From Escherichia coli (GTDB lineage Bacteria > Pseudomonadota > Gammaproteobacteria > Enterobacterales > Enterobacteriaceae), in the NCBI RefSeq assembly GCF_044647545.1, contig NZ_CP172818.1: a stretch of 64,000 bases of DNA. One strand, given 5' to 3'. The notes beneath the pieces were generated by a model. That model saw nothing but the letters and a program-made list of their open reading frames with translations, had not been told where the DNA came from and made no database searches. The translations under genes and the position numbers were made by a program. Positions 1-13,798 of the stretch are shown piece after piece (the stretch's first letter is position 1; each line of letters begins with the position of its first letter).

Positions 1-186
1 AGTCTGGCAAATGGCATCCCGATGGCAAACATTCTGTTCCCCACATCGGTGATCGGTATGATGGTGCTGCCTCTGATGATTTTCCATCAGATCCAATTGA
101 TGGTCTGTGCGGTGCTGGCGCGTCGATACAAACGCCAGACCGAACAGTTACAGGCGCAGCAGGAAAGCAGCGCCAATAAAGCTTAA
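1..186 (+). CDS. yfeH: C-terminal fragment of an inner-membrane transporter (5' end outside window), probably YfeH
   Basis: Open frame from window position 1 to TAA at 184-186, translated by hand; hydrophobic then basic C-terminal tail; lies upstream of ypeB/ligA as in K-12. Identity is from synteny only. Confidence 0.5.
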   Translation, partial: SLANGIPMANILFPTSVIGMMVLPLMIFHQIQLMVCAVLARRYKRQTEQLQAQQESSANKA

Positions 187-401
187 AGCGGACGCTTCAG
201 GGGCTGGACCAGTTGCGTCAGCCCCTCAGTTTTAATCAGCAGCGTGATTTGCATTAGCTCACCGAGCTTCCCTGCCGGGAACTCATCTTTGCGGGCAAAC
301 CACAGCAGATACTCCTCCGGCAGGTCGATTAAGCGACGCCCTTTGTATTTGCCAAACGGCATTATCGTATTGGCTATTTCAATCAGCTGCTCTTTTTCCA
401 T
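183..401 (-). CDS. ypeB: small conserved protein YpeB (72 aa)
   Basis: ORF track 183..494; internal Met gives MEKEQLIEIANTIMPFGKYKGRRLIDLPEEYLLWFARKDEFPAGKL..., ATG at 399-401. The upstream extension would overlap ligA. Confidence 0.8.
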   Translation of the reverse strand: MEKEQLIEIANTIMPFGKYKGRRLIDLPEEYLLWFARKDEFPAGKLGELMQITLLIKTEGLTQLVQPLKRPL

Positions 402-402
402 C

Positions 403-2427
<2,025 letters not shown>

Positions 2428-2435
2428 TCAATGCT

Positions 2436-2457
2436 AAAAACCCCCGACAAGCGGGGG
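2436..2457 (-). terminator. putative intrinsic terminator downstream of zipA
   Basis: Hairpin cccccg-acaag-cggggg at 2441-2457 preceded on the + strand by AAAAA (a T-run on the - strand), between zipA stop and ligA start. Confidence 0.45.
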
Positions 2458-2488
2458 TTCGAAAAGGAGTTAATTTGCCTTAAGTGTA

Positions 2489-3487
2489 TCAGGCGTTGGC
2501 GTCTTTGACTTCGCGGATGATGTCCTGGTACTCGCGCAATTTCTGCGGAGTCATCATACGGCGCTGATCGTCAAGCACTACACCGCCCACTTCATCGGCA
2601 ATATGCTGCGCAGATTGCAGCATTAGCTTGAAGTTCTGCAGCTCGTCACCGTAAGACGGTACCTGCATAAAGATAGTGACACCCGGAGTAGTGAAATCCT
2701 TCATTTCAGGATCAAAGGTTCCCGGTTTCACCATATTCGCCAGGCTAAATAACGCCGGGCCGCTGCCATCCGGGCTAAGATGACGATGGTAAATATTCAT
2801 ATCGCCAAAAATGAAGCCCGCTTGTTGAATGCTGTTAAGAAGCAGTTCACCGTTTAGCTCGCTACCGTGATGCGCCGCGACGTTCATGATAATCACCGCT
2901 TCTTTGCGCTTCGGTTTATCCATAACTGGAGCCGGTTCCGCTACAGGCTCAGGCTGTGGTGCCGCTACAGGCTCTGCAGGCTGGAAAGCCTGTTGTGCCG
3001 GTTGCGGTGCTGAATGCACTGGCTGCGGCGCTGATGCGACCTGTGGCGAAACTGGCTGCTGCAACGGCTGTTCAGGCTGCGGCTGATAGGCAGGCTGCTG
3101 CACGGGTTGCTGCACCGGCTGCGCTGGACGCGGAGCATGTTGCGGCGGTACCTGAGCTTCAGGCGGCTGCTGGACCGGTTGACGCGGCTGCGCAGACGCA
3201 TAAGGCGGTTGGTACTGGTGTTGCGGCGACGGACGAGCAGCCTCATGCTCCTGGGCGTTAGCCGGGGCATGATTCACGCGGTGAACTCGAACCTCACCAA
3301 CGCCCTCATCATCTTCGACATCCTCGTCATAAGAATCGTCGTCACGTTTTGACTTCATTCGTTTTAATGGCCGATCGCGGAACATAGAAGATCGTTCTTT
3401 ACGGCTGGTCCAGAAACCATGTACCAGTAAAGCGATTATGGCGATCGCGCCAACAATGATTAATATCAGACGCAAATCCTGCATCAT
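2489..3487 (-). CDS. zipA: cell division protein ZipA (FtsZ membrane anchor), about 332 aa
   Basis: ORF track 2489..3538; true start taken at [26 protein letters not shown] (N-terminal TM helix), followed by a long P/Q-rich linker and the conserved C-terminal FtsZ-binding domain. Confidence 0.93.
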
Positions 3488-3716
3488 TATATTCTCTGTT
3501 GTTCTAACACCTTGCCACCACGGCAAACATTTACTCACTAAGAGTATTTGCCGATTACCTCAAGTGCAAGTGCACTATTAACTTTCACAGCACAAAGATA
3601 GATGAAATCGTGCTTTTTGCTGTTTTTTCGAACATATCCTAACTGTCCATTGCGCAATTACCCGGTAAAATACGCAGAATTTTCCTGGGATTGGTCAAAA
3701 GGAGCTCATCCTGATT

Positions 3717-4478
3717 ATGGTTTCATCATTCACATCTGCCCCACGCAGCGGTTTTTACTATTTTGCGCAAGGCTGGAAGCTCGTCTCGCAACCTGGGATT
3801 CGGCGTTTCGTTATTTTACCGCTGCTGGTCAATATTTTGTTGATGGGGGGCGCATTCTGGTGGCTATTTACGCAGCTCGATGTCTGGATCCCGACGCTCA
3901 TGAGTTATGTTCCGGACTGGTTACAATGGCTGAGCTATCTGTTGTGGCCTCTGGCTGTCATCTCTGTGCTGTTAGTGTTTGGCTATTTCTTCTCAACGAT
4001 TGCTAACTGGATTGCCGCTCCGTTCAATGGTTTATTGGCTGAACAACTGGAAGCACGATTGACTGGCGCTACACCGCCAGATACCGGGATTTTCGGTATC
4101 ATGAAAGATGTGCCGCGAATCATGAAACGCGAATGGCAAAAATTTGCCTGGTATCTGCCGCGCGCAATTGTATTGCTAATTCTTTACTTCATCCCTGGTA
4201 TTGGGCAAACCGTCGCGCCGGTACTATGGTTCCTGTTTAGCGCCTGGATGTTAGCCATCCAGTATTGCGATTACCCCTTCGATAACCACAAAGTGCCGTT
4301 TAAAGAGATGCGCACCGCCCTGCGCACACGCAAAATCACCAATATGCAGTTTGGTGCTTTAACCAGCCTGTTTACGATGATCCCGTTGCTTAATCTGTTC
4401 ATCATGCCCGTTGCCGTTTGTGGTGCGACGGCGATGTGGGTCGATTGCTATCGCGATAAACACGCGATGTGGCGGTAA
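3717..4478 (+). CDS. cysZ: sulfate transporter CysZ (253 aa)
   Basis: Full-length [34 protein letters not shown]...; multi-pass membrane protein; sits next to cysK. Confidence 0.95.
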
Positions 4479-4662
4479 CAATCTACCGGTTATTTTGTAA
4501 ACCGCTTGTGTGAAACAGGGGTGGCTTATGCCGCCCCTTATTCCATCTTGCATGTCATTATTTCCCTTCTGCATATAGATATGCTAAATCCTTACTTCCG
4601 CATATTCTCTGAGCGGGTATGCTACCTGTTGTATCCCAATTTCATACAGTTAAGGACAGGCC

Positions 4663-5634
4663 ATGAGTAAGATTTTTGAAGATAACTCGCTGACTATCGG
4701 TCACACGCCGCTGGTTCGCCTGAATCGCATCGGTAACGGACGCATTCTGGCGAAGGTGGAATCTCGTAACCCCAGCTTCAGCGTTAAGTGCCGTATCGGT
4801 GCCAACATGATTTGGGATGCCGAAAAGCGCGGCGTGCTGAAACCAGGCGTTGAACTGGTTGAACCAACCAGCGGTAATACCGGGATTGCACTGGCCTATG
4901 TCGCTGCCGCTCGCGGTTACAAACTTACCCTGACCATGCCAGAAACCATGAGTATTGAACGCCGCAAGCTGCTGAAAGCGTTAGGTGCAAACCTGGTGCT
5001 GACCGAAGGTGCTAAAGGCATGAAAGGCGCAATCCAAAAAGCAGAAGAAATTGTCGCCAGCAATCCAGAGAAATACCTGCTGCTGCAACAATTCAGCAAT
5101 CCGGCAAACCCTGAAATTCACGAAAAAACCACCGGTCCGGAGATCTGGGAAGATACCGACGGTCAGGTTGATGTATTTATTGCTGGCGTTGGGACTGGCG
5201 GTACGCTGACTGGCGTCAGCCGCTACATTAAAGGCACCAAAGGCAAGACCGATCTTATCTCTGTCGCCGTTGAGCCAACCGATTCTCCAGTTATCGCCCA
5301 GGCGCTGGCAGGTGAAGAGATTAAACCTGGCCCGCATAAAATTCAGGGTATTGGCGCTGGTTTTATCCCGGCTAACCTCGATCTCAAGCTGGTCGACAAA
5401 GTCATTGGCATCACCAATGAAGAAGCCATTTCTACCGCACGTCGTCTGATGGAAGAAGAAGGTATTCTTGCTGGTATCTCTTCTGGAGCAGCTGTTGCCG
5501 CGGCGTTGAAACTACAAGAAGATGAAAGCTTTACCAACAAGAATATTGTGGTTATTCTACCATCATCGGGTGAGCGTTATTTAAGCACCGCATTGTTTGC
5601 CGATCTCTTCACTGAGAAAGAACTGCAACAGTAA
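4663..5634 (+). CDS. cysK: O-acetylserine sulfhydrylase A / cysteine synthase A (323 aa)
   Basis: [57 protein letters not shown]...; PLP-dependent fold. Confidence 0.97.
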   Translation: MSKIFEDNSLTIGHTPLVRLNRIGNGRILAKVESRNPSFSVKCRIGANMIWDAEKRGVLKPGVELVEPTSGNTGIALAYVAAARGYKLTLTMPETMSIERRKLLKALGANLVLTEGAKGMKGAIQKAEEIVASNPEKYLLLQQFSNPANPEIHEKTTGPEIWEDTDGQVDVFIAGVGTGGTLTGVSRYIKGTKGKTDLISVAVEPTDSPVIAQALAGEEIKPGPHKIQGIGAGFIPANLDLKLVDKVIGITNEEAISTARRLMEEEGILAGISSGAAVAAALKLQEDESFTNKNIVVILPSSGERYLSTALFADLFTEKELQQ

Positions 5635-5656
5635 TGCCAGCTTGTTAAAAATGCGT

Positions 5657-5684
5657 AAAAAAGCACCTTTTCAGGTGCTTTTTT
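5657..5684 (+). terminator. intrinsic terminator downstream of cysK
   Basis: aaaagcacc-ttttca-ggtgctttttt: GC stem with A-run before and T6 after, about 25 nt past the cysK stop. Confidence 0.65.
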
Positions 5685-5699
5685 GTGGCCTGCTTCAAA

Positions 5700-6017
5700 C
5701 TTTCGCCCCTCCTGGCATTGATTCAGCCTGTCGGAACTGGTATTTAACCAGACTAATTATTTTGATGCGCGAAATTAATCGTTACAGGAAAAGCCAAAGC
5801 TGAATCGATTTTATGATTTGGTTCAATTCTTCCTTTAGCGGCATAATGTTTAATGACGTACGAAACGTCAGCGGTCAACACCCGCCAGCAATGGACTGTA
5901 TTGCGCTCTTCGTGCGTCGCGTCTGTTAAAAACTGGCGCTAACAATACAGGCTAAAGTCGAACCGCCAGGCTAGACTTTAGTTCCACAACACTAAACCTA
6001 TAAGTTGGGGAAATACA
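5700..6017 (+). promoter_or_regulatory. ptsH-ptsI-crr promoter region
   Basis: AT-rich 5' region immediately upstream of ptsH. Individual promoter and regulator sites were not mapped from sequence; the call is by position. Confidence 0.35.
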
Positions 6018-6275
6018 ATGTTCCAGCAAGAAGTTACCATTACCGCTCCGAACGGTCTGCACACCCGCCCTGCTGCCCAGTTTGTAAAAGAAGCTAAGGG
6101 CTTCACTTCTGAAATTACTGTGACTTCCAACGGCAAAAGCGCCAGCGCGAAAAGCCTGTTTAAACTGCAGACTCTGGGCCTGACTCAAGGTACCGTTGTG
6201 ACTATCTCCGCAGAAGGCGAAGACGAGCAGAAAGCGGTTGAACATCTGGTTAAACTGATGGCGGAACTCGAGTAA
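6018..6275 (+). CDS. ptsH: phosphocarrier protein HPr (85 aa)
   Basis: [29 protein letters not shown]... with active-site His15 context. Confidence 0.97.
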
Positions 6276-6319
6276 TTTCCCGGGTTCTTTTAAAAATCAG
6301 TCACAAGTAAGGTAGGGTT

Positions 6320-8047
6320 ATGATTTCAGGCATTTTAGCATCCCCGGGTATCGCTTTCGGTAAAGCTCTGCTTCTGAAAGAAGACGAAATTGTCATTGAC
6401 CGGAAAAAAATTTCTGCCGACCAGGTTGATCAGGAAGTTGAACGTTTTCTGAGCGGTCGTGCCAAGGCATCAGCCCAGCTGGAAACGATCAAAACGAAAG
6501 CTGGTGAAACGTTCGGTGAAGAAAAAGAAGCCATCTTTGAAGGGCATATTATGCTGCTCGAAGATGAGGAGCTGGAGCAGGAAATCATAGCCCTGATTAA
6601 AGATAAGCACATGACAGCTGACGCAGCTGCTCATGAAGTTATCGAAGGTCAGGCTTCTGCCCTGGAAGAGCTGGATGATGAATACCTGAAAGAACGTGCG
6701 GCTGACGTACGTGATATCGGTAAGCGCCTGCTGCGCAACATCCTGGGCCTGAAGATTATCGACCTGAGCGCCATTCAGGATGAAGTCATTCTGGTTGCCG
6801 CTGACCTGACGCCGTCCGAAACCGCACAGCTGAACCTGAAGAAGGTGCTGGGTTTCATCACCGACGCGGGTGGCCGTACTTCCCACACCTCTATCATGGC
6901 GCGTTCTCTGGAACTGCCTGCTATCGTGGGTACCGGTAGCGTCACCTCTCAGGTGAAAAATGACGACTATCTGATTCTGGATGCCGTAAATAATCAGGTT
7001 TACGTCAATCCAACCAACGAAGTTATTGATAAAATGCGCGCTGTTCAGGAGCAAGTGGCTTCTGAAAAAGCAGAGCTTGCTAAACTGAAAGATCTGCCAG
7101 CTATTACGCTGGACGGTCACCAGGTAGAAGTGTGCGCTAACATTGGTACGGTTCGTGACGTTGAAGGTGCAGAGCGTAACGGCGCTGAAGGCGTTGGTCT
7201 GTATCGTACTGAGTTCCTGTTCATGGACCGCGACGCGCTGCCCACTGAAGAAGAACAGTTTGCTGCTTACAAAGCAGTGGCTGAAGCGTGTGGCTCGCAG
7301 GCGGTTATCGTTCGTACCATGGACATCGGCGGCGACAAAGAGCTGCCATACATGAACTTCCCGAAAGAAGAGAACCCGTTCCTCGGCTGGCGCGCTATCC
7401 GTATCGCAATGGATCGTAAAGAGATCCTGCGCGATCAGCTCCGCGCTATCCTGCGTGCCTCGGCTTTCGGTAAATTGCGCATTATGTTCCCGATGATCAT
7501 CTCTGTTGAAGAAGTGCGTGCACTGCGCAAAGAGATCGAAATCTACAAACAGGAACTGCGCGACGAAGGTAAAGCGTTTGACGAGTCAATTGAAATCGGC
7601 GTAATGGTGGAAACACCGGCTGCCGCAACAATTGCACGTCATTTAGCCAAAGAAGTTGATTTCTTTAGTATCGGCACCAATGATTTAACGCAGTACACTC
7701 TGGCAGTTGACCGTGGTAATGATATGATTTCACACCTTTACCAGCCAATGTCACCGTCCGTGCTGAACTTGATCAAGCAAGTTATTGATGCTTCTCATGC
7801 TGAAGGCAAATGGACTGGCATGTGTGGTGAGCTTGCTGGCGATGAACGTGCTACACTTCTGTTGCTGGGGATGGGTCTGGACGAATTCTCTATGAGCGCC
7901 ATTTCTATCCCGCGCATTAAGAAGATTATCCGTAACACGAACTTCGAAGATGCGAAGGTGTTAGCAGAGCAGGCTCTTGCTCAACCGACAACGGACGAGT
8001 TAATGACGCTGGTTAACAAGTTCATTGAAGAAAAAACAATCTGCTAA
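6320..8047 (+). CDS. ptsI: PTS enzyme I (575 aa)
   Basis: [43 protein letters not shown]...; full length, directly downstream of ptsH. Confidence 0.97.
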   Translation: MISGILASPGIAFGKALLLKEDEIVIDRKKISADQVDQEVERFLSGRAKASAQLETIKTKAGETFGEEKEAIFEGHIMLLEDEELEQEIIALIKDKHMTADAAAHEVIEGQASALEELDDEYLKERAADVRDIGKRLLRNILGLKIIDLSAIQDEVILVAADLTPSETAQLNLKKVLGFITDAGGRTSHTSIMARSLELPAIVGTGSVTSQVKNDDYLILDAVNNQVYVNPTNEVIDKMRAVQEQVASEKAELAKLKDLPAITLDGHQVEVCANIGTVRDVEGAERNGAEGVGLYRTEFLFMDRDALPTEEEQFAAYKAVAEACGSQAVIVRTMDIGGDKELPYMNFPKEENPFLGWRAIRIAMDRKEILRDQLRAILRASAFGKLRIMFPMIISVEEVRALRKEIEIYKQELRDEGKAFDESIEIGVMVETPAAATIARHLAKEVDFFSIGTNDLTQYTLAVDRGNDMISHLYQPMSPSVLNLIKQVIDASHAEGKWTGMCGELAGDERATLLLLGMGLDEFSMSAISIPRIKKIIRNTNFEDAKVLAEQALAQPTTDELMTLVNKFIEEKTIC

Positions 8048-8087
8048 TCCACGAGATGCGGCCCAATTTACTGCTTAGGAGAAGATC

Positions 8088-8597
8088 ATGGGTTTGTTCG
8101 ATAAACTGAAATCTCTGGTTTCCGACGACAAGAAGGATACCGGAACTATTGAGATCATTGCTCCGCTCTCTGGCGAGATCGTCAATATCGAAGACGTGCC
8201 GGATGTCGTTTTTGCGGAAAAAATCGTTGGTGATGGCATTGCTATCAAACCAACGGGTAACAAAATGGTCGCGCCTGTAGACGGCACCATTGGTAAAATC
8301 TTTGAAACCAACCACGCGTTCTCTATCGAATCTGATAGCGGCGTTGAATTGTTCGTCCACTTCGGTATCGACACCGTTGAACTGAAAGGCGAAGGCTTCA
8401 AGCGTATTGCTGAAGAAGGTCAGCGCGTGAAAGTTGGCGATACCGTGATTGAATTCGATCTGCCGCTGCTGGAAGAGAAAGCCAAGTCTACCCTGACTCC
8501 GGTTGTTATCTCCAACATGGACGAAATCAAAGAACTGATCAAACTGTCCGGTAGCGTAACCGTGGGTGAAACCCCGGTTATCCGCATCAAGAAGTAA
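8088..8597 (+). CDS. crr: glucose-specific PTS EIIA (169 aa)
   Basis: [82 protein letters not shown]... Confidence 0.97.
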
Positions 8598-8611
8598 TTC
8601 TTGCCGCAGTG

Positions 8612-8641
8612 AAAAATGGCGCCCATCGGCGCCATTTTTTT
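8612..8641. terminator. bidirectional intrinsic terminator between crr and pdxK
   Basis: aaaaatggcgcc-catc-ggcgccattttttt: 8-bp GC stem flanked by an A-run and a T-run; it overlaps the pdxK stop codon on the opposite strand. Confidence 0.65.
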
Positions 8642-9491
8642 ATGCTTCAGCCAGAGGCGGCAAAATCAATTCATCGCTCTCATGCTGCTGGGTATAGCGC
8701 ATCACTTCCAGTACGCGCAACCCCGCGCGGTGCACCGCATCGGTTAACGCCTCCCCTTTCAGCAAACCACTGATAAGCTGAGCACAAAACAGGTCGCCAG
8801 TCCCTTTCAGGTCAGTTTTAACCCGTGAATGGGAAATGACATTCACGCTGTCGGCACTGACCACCACCACCTGCATCTCCTGATTTTCTTCATTACCGGA
8901 GGCGCTGGTAATCACCACCCATTTTAATGTGTCTGAAAGCAGACTTTTTGCGGCAGCAATGGCACTGTCGAGATCGCGGCAATTTTTACCGGTCAGGATT
9001 TCCAGCTCAAAGATATTGGGGGTAATTCCCTGCGCCAGCGGCAGTAAATATTGTCGATACGCTTCGGGAAGGTCAGGTTTGACATAAATTCCGCTATCAA
9101 TATCGCCGATCACCGGATCGACCATAATCAATAAGTCAGGATGGTCTTTGCGTAGCGCAGTCAGCCACTCGGCAAGGATTTTGATTTGCGATGCCGTTCC
9201 CATATAGCCCGTGGTTACAGCACGAAGTTGGCGCAGCGCATCACGCTCCTGAAGCGCACGCAAATAACCGCTAAACCATTCATCCGGAATCGCACCACCG
9301 TAGAAAGTGTCATAATGCGGCGTATTGCTCAGCAATACCGTCGGCACGGCAAAGACATTCAGGCCGTTCTGTTTGATAGCAGGCACCGCAATGCTGTTGC
9401 CCACGCTGCCGTACACTACCTGCGACTGCACGGCGACGATATCCGCCTGCAGTGCCCTGCTCTTATCGTTAAACAACAACAAACTACTCAT
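8640..9491 (-). CDS. pdxK: pyridoxal/pyridoxine/pyridoxamine kinase PdxK (283 aa)
   Basis: [60 protein letters not shown]...; ribokinase-like fold. Confidence 0.95.
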   Translation of the reverse strand: MSSLLLFNDKSRALQADIVAVQSQVVYGSVGNSIAVPAIKQNGLNVFAVPTVLLSNTPHYDTFYGGAIPDEWFSGYLRALQERDALRQLRAVTTGYMGTASQIKILAEWLTALRKDHPDLLIMVDPVIGDIDSGIYVKPDLPEAYRQYLLPLAQGITPNIFELEILTGKNCRDLDSAIAAAKSLLSDTLKWVVITSASGNEENQEMQVVVVSADSVNVISHSRVKTDLKGTGDLFCAQLISGLLKGEALTDAVHRAGLRVLEVMRYTQQHESDELILPPLAEA

Positions 9492-9532
9492 TTAATTTTT
9501 TCTCCTTGCCGATGATCCTCATCGTATTCCAG

Positions 9533-9955
<423 letters not shown>

Positions 9956-9957
9956 TC

Positions 9958-10869
9958 TTAAATCCCCGCCCCCTGGCTAAAATGCTCTTCCCCAAACACC
10001 CCGGTAGAAAGGTAGCGATCGCCACGATCGCAGATGATCGCCACCACCACCGCGCCAGGGTTAGCTTTTGCCACTCGCAGTGCACCAGCAACCGCGCCGC
10101 CGGAGCTAACGCCACAGAATATTCCTTCCCGCACTGCCAGTTCGCGCATGGTGTTTTCCGCTTCTCGCTGATGAATATCCAGCACCTCATCCACCAGCGA
10201 AGCGTTGAAAATCCCCGGCAGATATTCCGCAGGCCAGCGGCGAATGCCGGGAATGCTGCTGCCCTCTTCCGGCTGTAAGCCGACAATGGTCACCGGTTTG
10301 AATTGTTCGCGCATAAAGCGCGACACGCCGGTAATGGTGCCGGTTGTTCCCATGCTGGAGACAAAATGGGTAATGCGCCCGCCGGTTTGCTGCCAGATTT
10401 CCGGCCCGGTGGTGGTGTAATGGGCGTAAGGGTTATCGGGATTATTGAACTGATCGAGCAGCTTTCCTTCACCACGATTAGCCATCTCCAGCGCCAGATC
10501 GCGCGCACCTTCCATGCCCTGCTCTTTGGTGACCAGAATCAGTTCCGCACCGTAGGCACGCATTGCCGCACGGCGTTCCTGGCTCATGTTGTCGGGCATC
10601 AGCAATTTCATGCGATAGCCTTTAAGCGCGGCAATCATCGCCAGCGCAATGCCGGTGTTACCACTGGTGGCTTCGATCAACACATCACCCGGTTTAATCT
10701 CGCCGCGCTTTTCCGCCTCGACAATCATCGAAAGCGCTGCACGGTCTTTTACCGATCCCGCCGGGTTATTACCTTCCAGTTTCAACCAGACTTCACTGCC
10801 GTTATTCGGCCCCATTCGCTGCAACTTCACCAGAGGCGTATTGCCAATTGTTTGTTCTAATGTACTCAC
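9958..10869 (-). CDS. cysM: cysteine synthase B / O-acetylserine sulfhydrylase B (303 aa), GTG start
   Basis: ORF track 9958..10947; start taken at GTG 10867-10869 giving VSTLEQTIGNTPLVKLQRMGP...; C-terminus ...GEEHFSQGAGI. Confidence 0.95.
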   Translation of the reverse strand: MSTLEQTIGNTPLVKLQRMGPNNGSEVWLKLEGNNPAGSVKDRAALSMIVEAEKRGEIKPGDVLIEATSGNTGIALAMIAALKGYRMKLLMPDNMSQERRAAMRAYGAELILVTKEQGMEGARDLALEMANRGEGKLLDQFNNPDNPYAHYTTTGPEIWQQTGGRITHFVSSMGTTGTITGVSRFMREQFKPVTIVGLQPEEGSSIPGIRRWPAEYLPGIFNASLVDEVLDIHQREAENTMRELAVREGIFCGVSSGGAVAGALRVAKANPGAVVVAIICDRGDRYLSTGVFGEEHFSQGAGI

Positions 10870-10892
10870 GATCTCTGTCCATACGTGGTGTT

Positions 10893-10928
10893 GCCTGATG
10901 CGACGCTTGCGCGTCTTATCAGGCCTAC
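10893..10928. repeat. REP (repetitive extragenic palindromic) element
   Basis: gcctgatgcgacgcttgcgcgtcttatcaggcctac matches the canonical E. coli REP consensus form; lies between cysA and cysM. Confidence 0.7.
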
Positions 10929-10948
10929 AGGTTACAAACCTTGCCATT

Positions 10949-10981
10949 AAAAAGCCCGGATCGCGGGAAGCGCCTCCGGGC
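10949..10981 (-). terminator. hairpin with T-run downstream of cysA, a possible attenuator ahead of cysM
   Basis: On the - strand: gcccggaggcgcttcccgcgatccgggc followed by TTTTT; about 20 nt past the cysA stop. Confidence 0.5.
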
Positions 10982-11002
10982 GTTTAACATTCACTCAACC
11001 TA

Positions 11003-12100
11003 TCAGGCGCTTTGTGCGAGAGCAAGTTCCTCATCGCGGGTTTCAATACGCTCGTCGCCGTTATACAGCCGCGCATGTTGCAGGCCGACGAACAGACGAT
11101 CGCCGCGCACTGGCGCATCATCCCCGCGCATCACCACCGTCAAGGGTTCGTCATACCATCCCAGCGGCTGCACCACTAATTGGGTGTAGTGACCTTTCGG
11201 GCTGGCTTCCAGTACCTGTACGGGTAGCGGCGAATCGAGGCTGGTACGGCGGCTGATATCCACTTCCCACGGACGCAGGAAGAGATCCACCGGCCCCTGA
11301 TACGCAGGTGTATAGCCCAGCGGCCAGCGATGTGCGCCAACATGGAACTGCCCGCCGCGAATGGTTCCCTGCAGGCGGTTCACTTCGCCCATAAATTCGA
11401 GTACAAAACGGGTCGCTGGTTCGCGCCATACCTGGTCCGGTGCATCAGCCTGCTCGATATTGCCCTGGCTCATCACCACTACACGATCGGCTACTTCGGT
11501 CGCTTCTTCCTGGTCATGGGTCACAAACACGCTGGTGAATTTCAGCTCTTCATGTAACTGACGCAGCCGGCGACGCAACTCTTTACGCACCTGCGCATCC
11601 AGCGCGCCAAACGGTTCATCAAGCAGCAGAATTTGCGGTTCTACGGCAAGCGCGCGCGCCAGCGCCACACGCTGTTTCTGGCCGCCGGAAAGCTGCGCAG
11701 GATAGCGGTCTGCCAGATGGGCAAGCTGCACCATCTCCAGCAATTTTGTCACTTTCGCTTTGATAGCTGCGGCATTCGGGCGCTCGCGACGCGGCAGCAC
11801 CGTCAGGCCGAAAGCGATATTGTCGAACACCGTCATATGGCGGAACAGCGCGTAATGCTGAAACACGAAACCGACTTTACGATCGCGCGCATGCAGGCGG
11901 CTAACGTCGGTGCCGTGGAAGCGAATATGCCCGCTGGTTTGATGCTCCAGCCCGGCGATAATGCGCAGCAGCGTGGTTTTCCCGGAACCGGACGGCCCCA
12001 GCAATGCGACCATCTGACCAGAAGGAATATCCAGTGAGATATCGTTCAGCACCTGGGTGCGACCAAAAGACTTCTTAATATTGGCAATCTCAATGCTCAT
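11003..12100 (-). CDS. cysA: sulfate/thiosulfate ABC transporter ATP-binding protein (365 aa)
   Basis: [54 protein letters not shown]...; Walker A and LSGGQ signature present. Confidence 0.97.
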   Translation of the reverse strand: MSIEIANIKKSFGRTQVLNDISLDIPSGQMVALLGPSGSGKTTLLRIIAGLEHQTSGHIRFHGTDVSRLHARDRKVGFVFQHYALFRHMTVFDNIAFGLTVLPRRERPNAAAIKAKVTKLLEMVQLAHLADRYPAQLSGGQKQRVALARALAVEPQILLLDEPFGALDAQVRKELRRRLRQLHEELKFTSVFVTHDQEEATEVADRVVVMSQGNIEQADAPDQVWREPATRFVLEFMGEVNRLQGTIRGGQFHVGAHRWPLGYTPAYQGPVDLFLRPWEVDISRRTSLDSPLPVQVLEASPKGHYTQLVVQPLGWYDEPLTVVMRGDDAPVRGDRLFVGLQHARLYNGDERIETRDEELALAQSA

Positions 12101-12965
12101 GATGTTCCTCCTGCTGCGCGCGTTTTTCCTGATTCTCCAGACGCCACTGCAACATACTCTTTAAAAACAGGGTGATAATCGCCATCAGCGTCAACAACGC
12201 GGCAGCGGTAAAGGAGCCGACGGTGTTGTAGTCCTGCTCCAGCAATTCAATCTGTAACGGCAGCGAAAGTGTTTCGCCGCGAATCGAGCCGGAAACTACC
12301 GACACCGCACCAAACTCGCCAATCGCGCGGGCGTTGGTCAGCACCACGCCATAAAGCAGCGCCCAGCGGATGTTCGGCAGCGTGACGCGACGGAACATCT
12401 GCCAGCCGGACGCGCCAAGCAAAATCGCCGCCTCGTCTTCCTGGCTGCCCTGACTTAACATTACCGGTACCAGTTCGCGCACCACAAACGGACACGTCAC
12501 GAAGATGGTGACCAGTACCATACCCGGCCAGGAGAACATAATTTGCAGATTATGTTCATCCAGCCAGCCACCGAGCGGGCCGTTAGAGCCGTAAAACAGC
12601 AGATACACCAGACCGGCAACCACCGGCGACACGGCAAACGGAATGTCCAGCAGCGTCAGCAGCAACTGGCGTCCGGGGAAGTTAAAGCGCGTCACCAGCC
12701 AGGCCAGCAGAATGCCGAACACCAGGTTCACCGGCACGGCAATCAGCGCAATCATCACCGTCAGCCAGATGGCGTGCAGCATGTCCGGATCGGCCAGATT
12801 CTGTAAAACCGGCATCAGCCCTTTGCTGAACGCCTGCACGAAGATGTAAATCATCGGCACCAGCAGGATGAACGCCGAAACCAGCATCCCGATGCCAATC
12901 AGAAACCATTTGTCCCAGTTAATCGGGCGCGCGTCATAACGCTTCAATTGTGTCACTTCCGCCAT
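12090..12965 (-). CDS. cysW: sulfate/thiosulfate ABC transporter permease CysW (291 aa)
   Basis: Full-length ORF; membrane permease; overlaps cysA by 11 nt, consistent with translational coupling. Confidence 0.95.
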   Translation of the reverse strand: MAEVTQLKRYDARPINWDKWFLIGIGMLVSAFILLVPMIYIFVQAFSKGLMPVLQNLADPDMLHAIWLTVMIALIAVPVNLVFGILLAWLVTRFNFPGRQLLLTLLDIPFAVSPVVAGLVYLLFYGSNGPLGGWLDEHNLQIMFSWPGMVLVTIFVTCPFVVRELVPVMLSQGSQEDEAAILLGASGWQMFRRVTLPNIRWALLYGVVLTNARAIGEFGAVSVVSGSIRGETLSLPLQIELLEQDYNTVGSFTAAALLTLMAIITLFLKSMLQWRLENQEKRAQQEEHHEH

Positions 12966-13798
12966 TAATGACCTACCACACGCCGACCAAAGCGACTTTG
13001 CAGAGTGTTAATTGAGAACAGCAGCAACAGGGATGCCGCGAGGATCACCGAAGCAATCGCGCTCGCCGCCGGGTAATCAAACTCCTGTAAGCGAACAAAA
13101 ATCATCAGCGACGTCACTTCCGTCTTCCAGGCAATGTTCCCGGCGATGAAAATCACCGCGCCAAATTCACCAAGACTACGGGTAAACGACAGCGCCACGC
13201 CCGCCACCAGCGCCGGAGAAAGCTCCGGCAGCACCACTTTGCAGAAACTCTGCCAGCGCGTTGCGCCGAGCGTTTCTGCCGCTTCTTCATATTCCGGGCC
13301 TAACTCTTCCAGCACCGGCTGCACGGTACGCACCACAAACGGAATACTGGTAAAAGCCATCGCCACCGCAATCCCCAGCCAGGTATAGGTAACTTTGATA
13401 TCAAACTTCGCCAGCCATTCACCGTAAAAACCGTTTACAGAAAAGAGCGAGGCCAGCGTTAAACCGGCCACTGCCGTTGGCAGCGCAAAGGGTAAATCCA
13501 TCAGCGCATCGATCAGCGTGCGGCCCGGAAAGCGATAGCGGGTTAAGATCCACGCCATCAGCAGGCCGAAAACGCCGTTAAAAATCGATGCCACAAACGC
13601 CGACAGCAGCGTCACTTTGTAGGCCGCGACCACCTGCGGGTTGGTGATCACCTCCCAGTACTGTGCCCAGCTCATCTCAGAGAGCTGCATCACCAGCGCT
13701 GAGAGCGGCAGCAGCAAAATCAGGCACACAAACAGCAGACTGGTGCCGAGGCTTAAGGTAAAGCCCGGCAGCACGCGTCTTGATGAAACTGCAAACAT
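12965..13798 (-). CDS. cysU: sulfate/thiosulfate ABC transporter permease CysU, also called CysT (277 aa)
   Basis: Full-length ORF; start and stop overlap cysP and cysW by 1 nt each. Confidence 0.95.
   Translation of the reverse strand: MFAVSSRRVLPGFTLSLGTSLLFVCLILLLPLSALVMQLSEMSWAQYWEVITNPQVVAAYKVTLLSAFVASIFNGVFGLLMAWILTRYRFPGRTLIDALMDLPFALPTAVAGLTLASLFSVNGFYGEWLAKFDIKVTYTWLGIAVAMAFTSIPFVVRTVQPVLEELGPEYEEAAETLGATRWQSFCKVVLPELSPALVAGVALSFTRSLGEFGAVIFIAGNIAWKTEVTSLMIFVRLQEFDYPAASAIASVILAASLLLLFSINTLQSRFGRRVVGH

Noticed and set aside
2441-2466. GGTTCGAA motif resembling a tRNA T-arm
   Set aside because: It is the 3' half of the zipA terminator hairpin (cccccgacaagcgggggttcgaaaagg). No acceptor stem, D-arm or anticodon arm can be built around it, and no tRNA or rRNA genes were found anywhere in the window.
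2900-3250. Short direct repeats that could be mistaken for a CRISPR-like or tandem-repeat array
   Set aside because: The repeats are in-frame codons for the P/Q-rich ZipA linker (ccgcag, cagccg units), have no spacer/repeat periodicity, and lie inside a known gene.
5597-5803. 68-aa ORF spanning the end of cysK and the cysK-ptsH intergenic region
   Set aside because: It overlaps the cysK terminator hairpin and the ptsH promoter region and has no recognisable sequence features; most likely a chance ORF in AT-rich DNA.
10870-10947. N-terminal extensions offered by the ORF track (cysM to 10947; also zipA to 3538, ucpA to 15828, murR to 17003, yfeX to 21525, ypeA to 23202, eutM to 36482, eutS to 39867, tktB from 44249, nudK to 48189, narQ from 50400, ypfH to 58448, purC to 62281)
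   Set aside because: The track takes the most upstream start codon. In each case the recognisable protein begins at an internal ATG/GTG and the extension would overlap the upstream gene, terminator or REP. Starts were reset by residue offset and the start codon checked in the sequence.
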